From Octopus vulgaris (taxonomy: Eukaryota), in the NCBI GenBank assembly GCA_951406725.2, contig OX597821.1, forward strand, positions 51,956,001 through 52,020,000: DNA of 64,000 bases, given 5' to 3'. The notes below the pieces were generated by a model. That model worked only from the letters and a program-made list of their open reading frames with translations, was not told where the DNA came from and searched no databases. Each line of letters begins with the position of its first letter. Position 1 is the first letter of the stretch. The position numbers and the translations under genes were made by a program. Shown here one piece after another: positions 62,107 through 64,000 of this stretch.

Positions 62107-63054
62107 TAGATTCGTTAAAAACACAATACCAGAGTGAGAGGAACATCAGTGATGCCGGGCTCATGAGAATGACAAGTGTCAATGCTATGCATCTGTATTT
62201 ATGAAAACACACTCATAACAGGCTTCTTAATCATGCACCCATATATCAACTTGGAAGGCAGCAAGGCAAATTTCATGTCGGTAGAATTTCAACTCATATT
62301 GTAAATGTTTAGAACTAACTATTGCAAGGCATTTTATCTGAAGTTTTAGTAATTAGACCAATCACTTCGCCACCCCAGAGAAGGAAATATTAATAAAACT
62401 GCAAGAAATTAGAGAAAACACAAATATTTATTTTATTATTGTTTACAGGAATATAAAAATAATTTGCTGTCTATTGCAAATTATCAACGAGTTATTAATG
62501 ATGTAATTAGCTATATGAAGATAACGAGCCAATGTGGAAGCTGCTACATAAACACTCAACCTATTATTAGATATTGCAACCAAACCTTCATTATAGTCAA
62601 CTAAGTTAAATAAAAAAGGATACATTTGAATAATGTAGTCCCAGATGCATTATTCTTGAAATCAATATAAGATGGTCACAAATGGAACATTTATGATTAT
62701 AGGCTTGGAAACAACTGCTGGTTGTCTTTTAGAGTCTAAGAAAGACAGTTCTGCAATTTCTTGCTGAATAAGCTGCACAAATGATTTGTTTATTGAGATC
62801 AAATGTATGTGCTGAACATTGGGTCACTCCCTTCAACAAATTGACATTGCTTGAACAGGTGCACTGTGTACTCCATGTCAGGTGCCAAAGTGATCGCAAA
62901 GCAAAGTGGGATGAAGTGTTTTGGTCAAGAATACAATGCAAAACCCAGTCTAGGAATTGAAACCACAATCTTGTAATAATTGTGAGTGCAACACCCTAAC
63001 AACTAGGTCATGTGTCTTCACTACCTGCCAACAACTACAACCATTTGTATTAAT

Positions 63055-63432
63055 TTCAAGTTTTGGCATGAGGCCAGCAATTTTGAAGGAGGTGGGAGTA
63101 GGTCAATTACATTGAGCCTGTTGCTAAACTGGCACTTATTTTATTGACCATGAAAAGATAAAAGGCAAAGCTGACCTCGACAAAATTTGAACTCTGAATG
63201 TTAAAACAGATGAAATACCTATTTCTTTACTACCCACAAGGGGCTAAACACAGAGGGGACAAACAAGGACAGACAAACGGATTAACTCAATTACATCGAC
63301 CCAGTGTGTAACTGGTACTTATTTAATTGACCCCGAAAGGATGAATGGCAAAGTCGACCTCGGCAGAAACAGATGAAATATCACTAAGCATTTCGTCCAG
63401 CATGCTAATGATTCTGCCTGCTCACTGCCTTA
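63055..63432 (-). mobile_element. SINE B with a younger SINE B 3' fragment nested inside (about 63218-63367)
   Basis: Duplicated aaacagatgaaata flanks the insert. Confidence 0.8.
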
Positions 63433-64000
63433 CTAAGCTACTAGTATTTACTACTGCACAATGTAGTCCTAGAAACACTTTGTCTGAATAAGAGATGGAA
63501 TAGTACAGCTGGGATATCTTTTATCGAAAGCCTACTGGATCGGAACTCACTTAGGGTTAATCAATAACTATAACCACAAATGTTTACCACTATACTATAC
63601 ATGAGATAATGTACTCTTAGATACACTGAATGAATGATAGGATGGTCATGGTTGGATCAGAGATGACCCCAGGGTTCATAGACAACAATAGCAGCCAATC
63701 TGCAGATTGATGACACTAGTCATATGTTATGGTCTTTAAATCTAATTGAAGATTATTTCTGATGATTTTTGTCTGTTATGTGTACTTATTTTTTGTCTTC
63801 CTATTAAGTATTATTGATCTTTACTGAAATATAATGTTAACTTATCTGATCTGTTGACTTAATTGATCCGTTGACTTAATTGATCTGTTGAACAGGGACT
63901 TAACATGGAATTTTTCCCAAACAAACATTTACATTCCATACAAATATATTTTCTTTCAACAAGACACAAGGCCACATTGTTGTTGTTATATAACCATAGG

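Noticed and set aside
63846-63891. 17-bp tandem repeat (ttgacttaattgatc(c/t)g, about 2.5 copies)
   Set aside because: A short local duplication with no further support for function.
47688-64000. Expected preceding cyclase exon (..LNDLY..FD.II..DVYK)
   Set aside because: Searched by eye on the minus strand and not found. It is presumed to lie beyond the window, but I could have missed it.

Overview
AT-rich, microsatellite-laden metazoan genomic DNA. The SINE, RTE and Penelope repertoire looks like an octopod cephalopod (inferred from family recognition, not from a database search). The only host gene I can support is the 3' end of a class III guanylate cyclase of the receptor (natriuretic-peptide-receptor-like) type on the minus strand. 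It has four GT-AG exons (47513-47687, 31832-31930, 26610-26701, 19751-19852) that splice in frame to the stop codon, and the upstream exons appear to lie beyond position 64000. Most of the rest is transposon debris: several tRNA-derived SINE families, RTE and CR1-like LINE fragments, Tc1/mariner, hAT and Chapaev3-like remnants, MITEs, Helitrons and Penelope-like ends. Most of the supplied ORFs are microsatellite or repeat artefacts. The most notable structures are: (i) several minimal hammerhead-ribozyme motifs, including an inverted pair; (ii) a precise head-to-tail Helitron dimer; (iii) a Helitron-derived nest of insertions; (iv) a juxtaposed CAG|GTAAGT splice site just upstream of a poly(A) signal; (v) a GC-rich RTE insert that looks foreign; (vi) hairpins and inverted SINEs inside the cyclase introns. 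Repeat boundaries were read by eye and are approximate unless a TSD or terminus is quoted.
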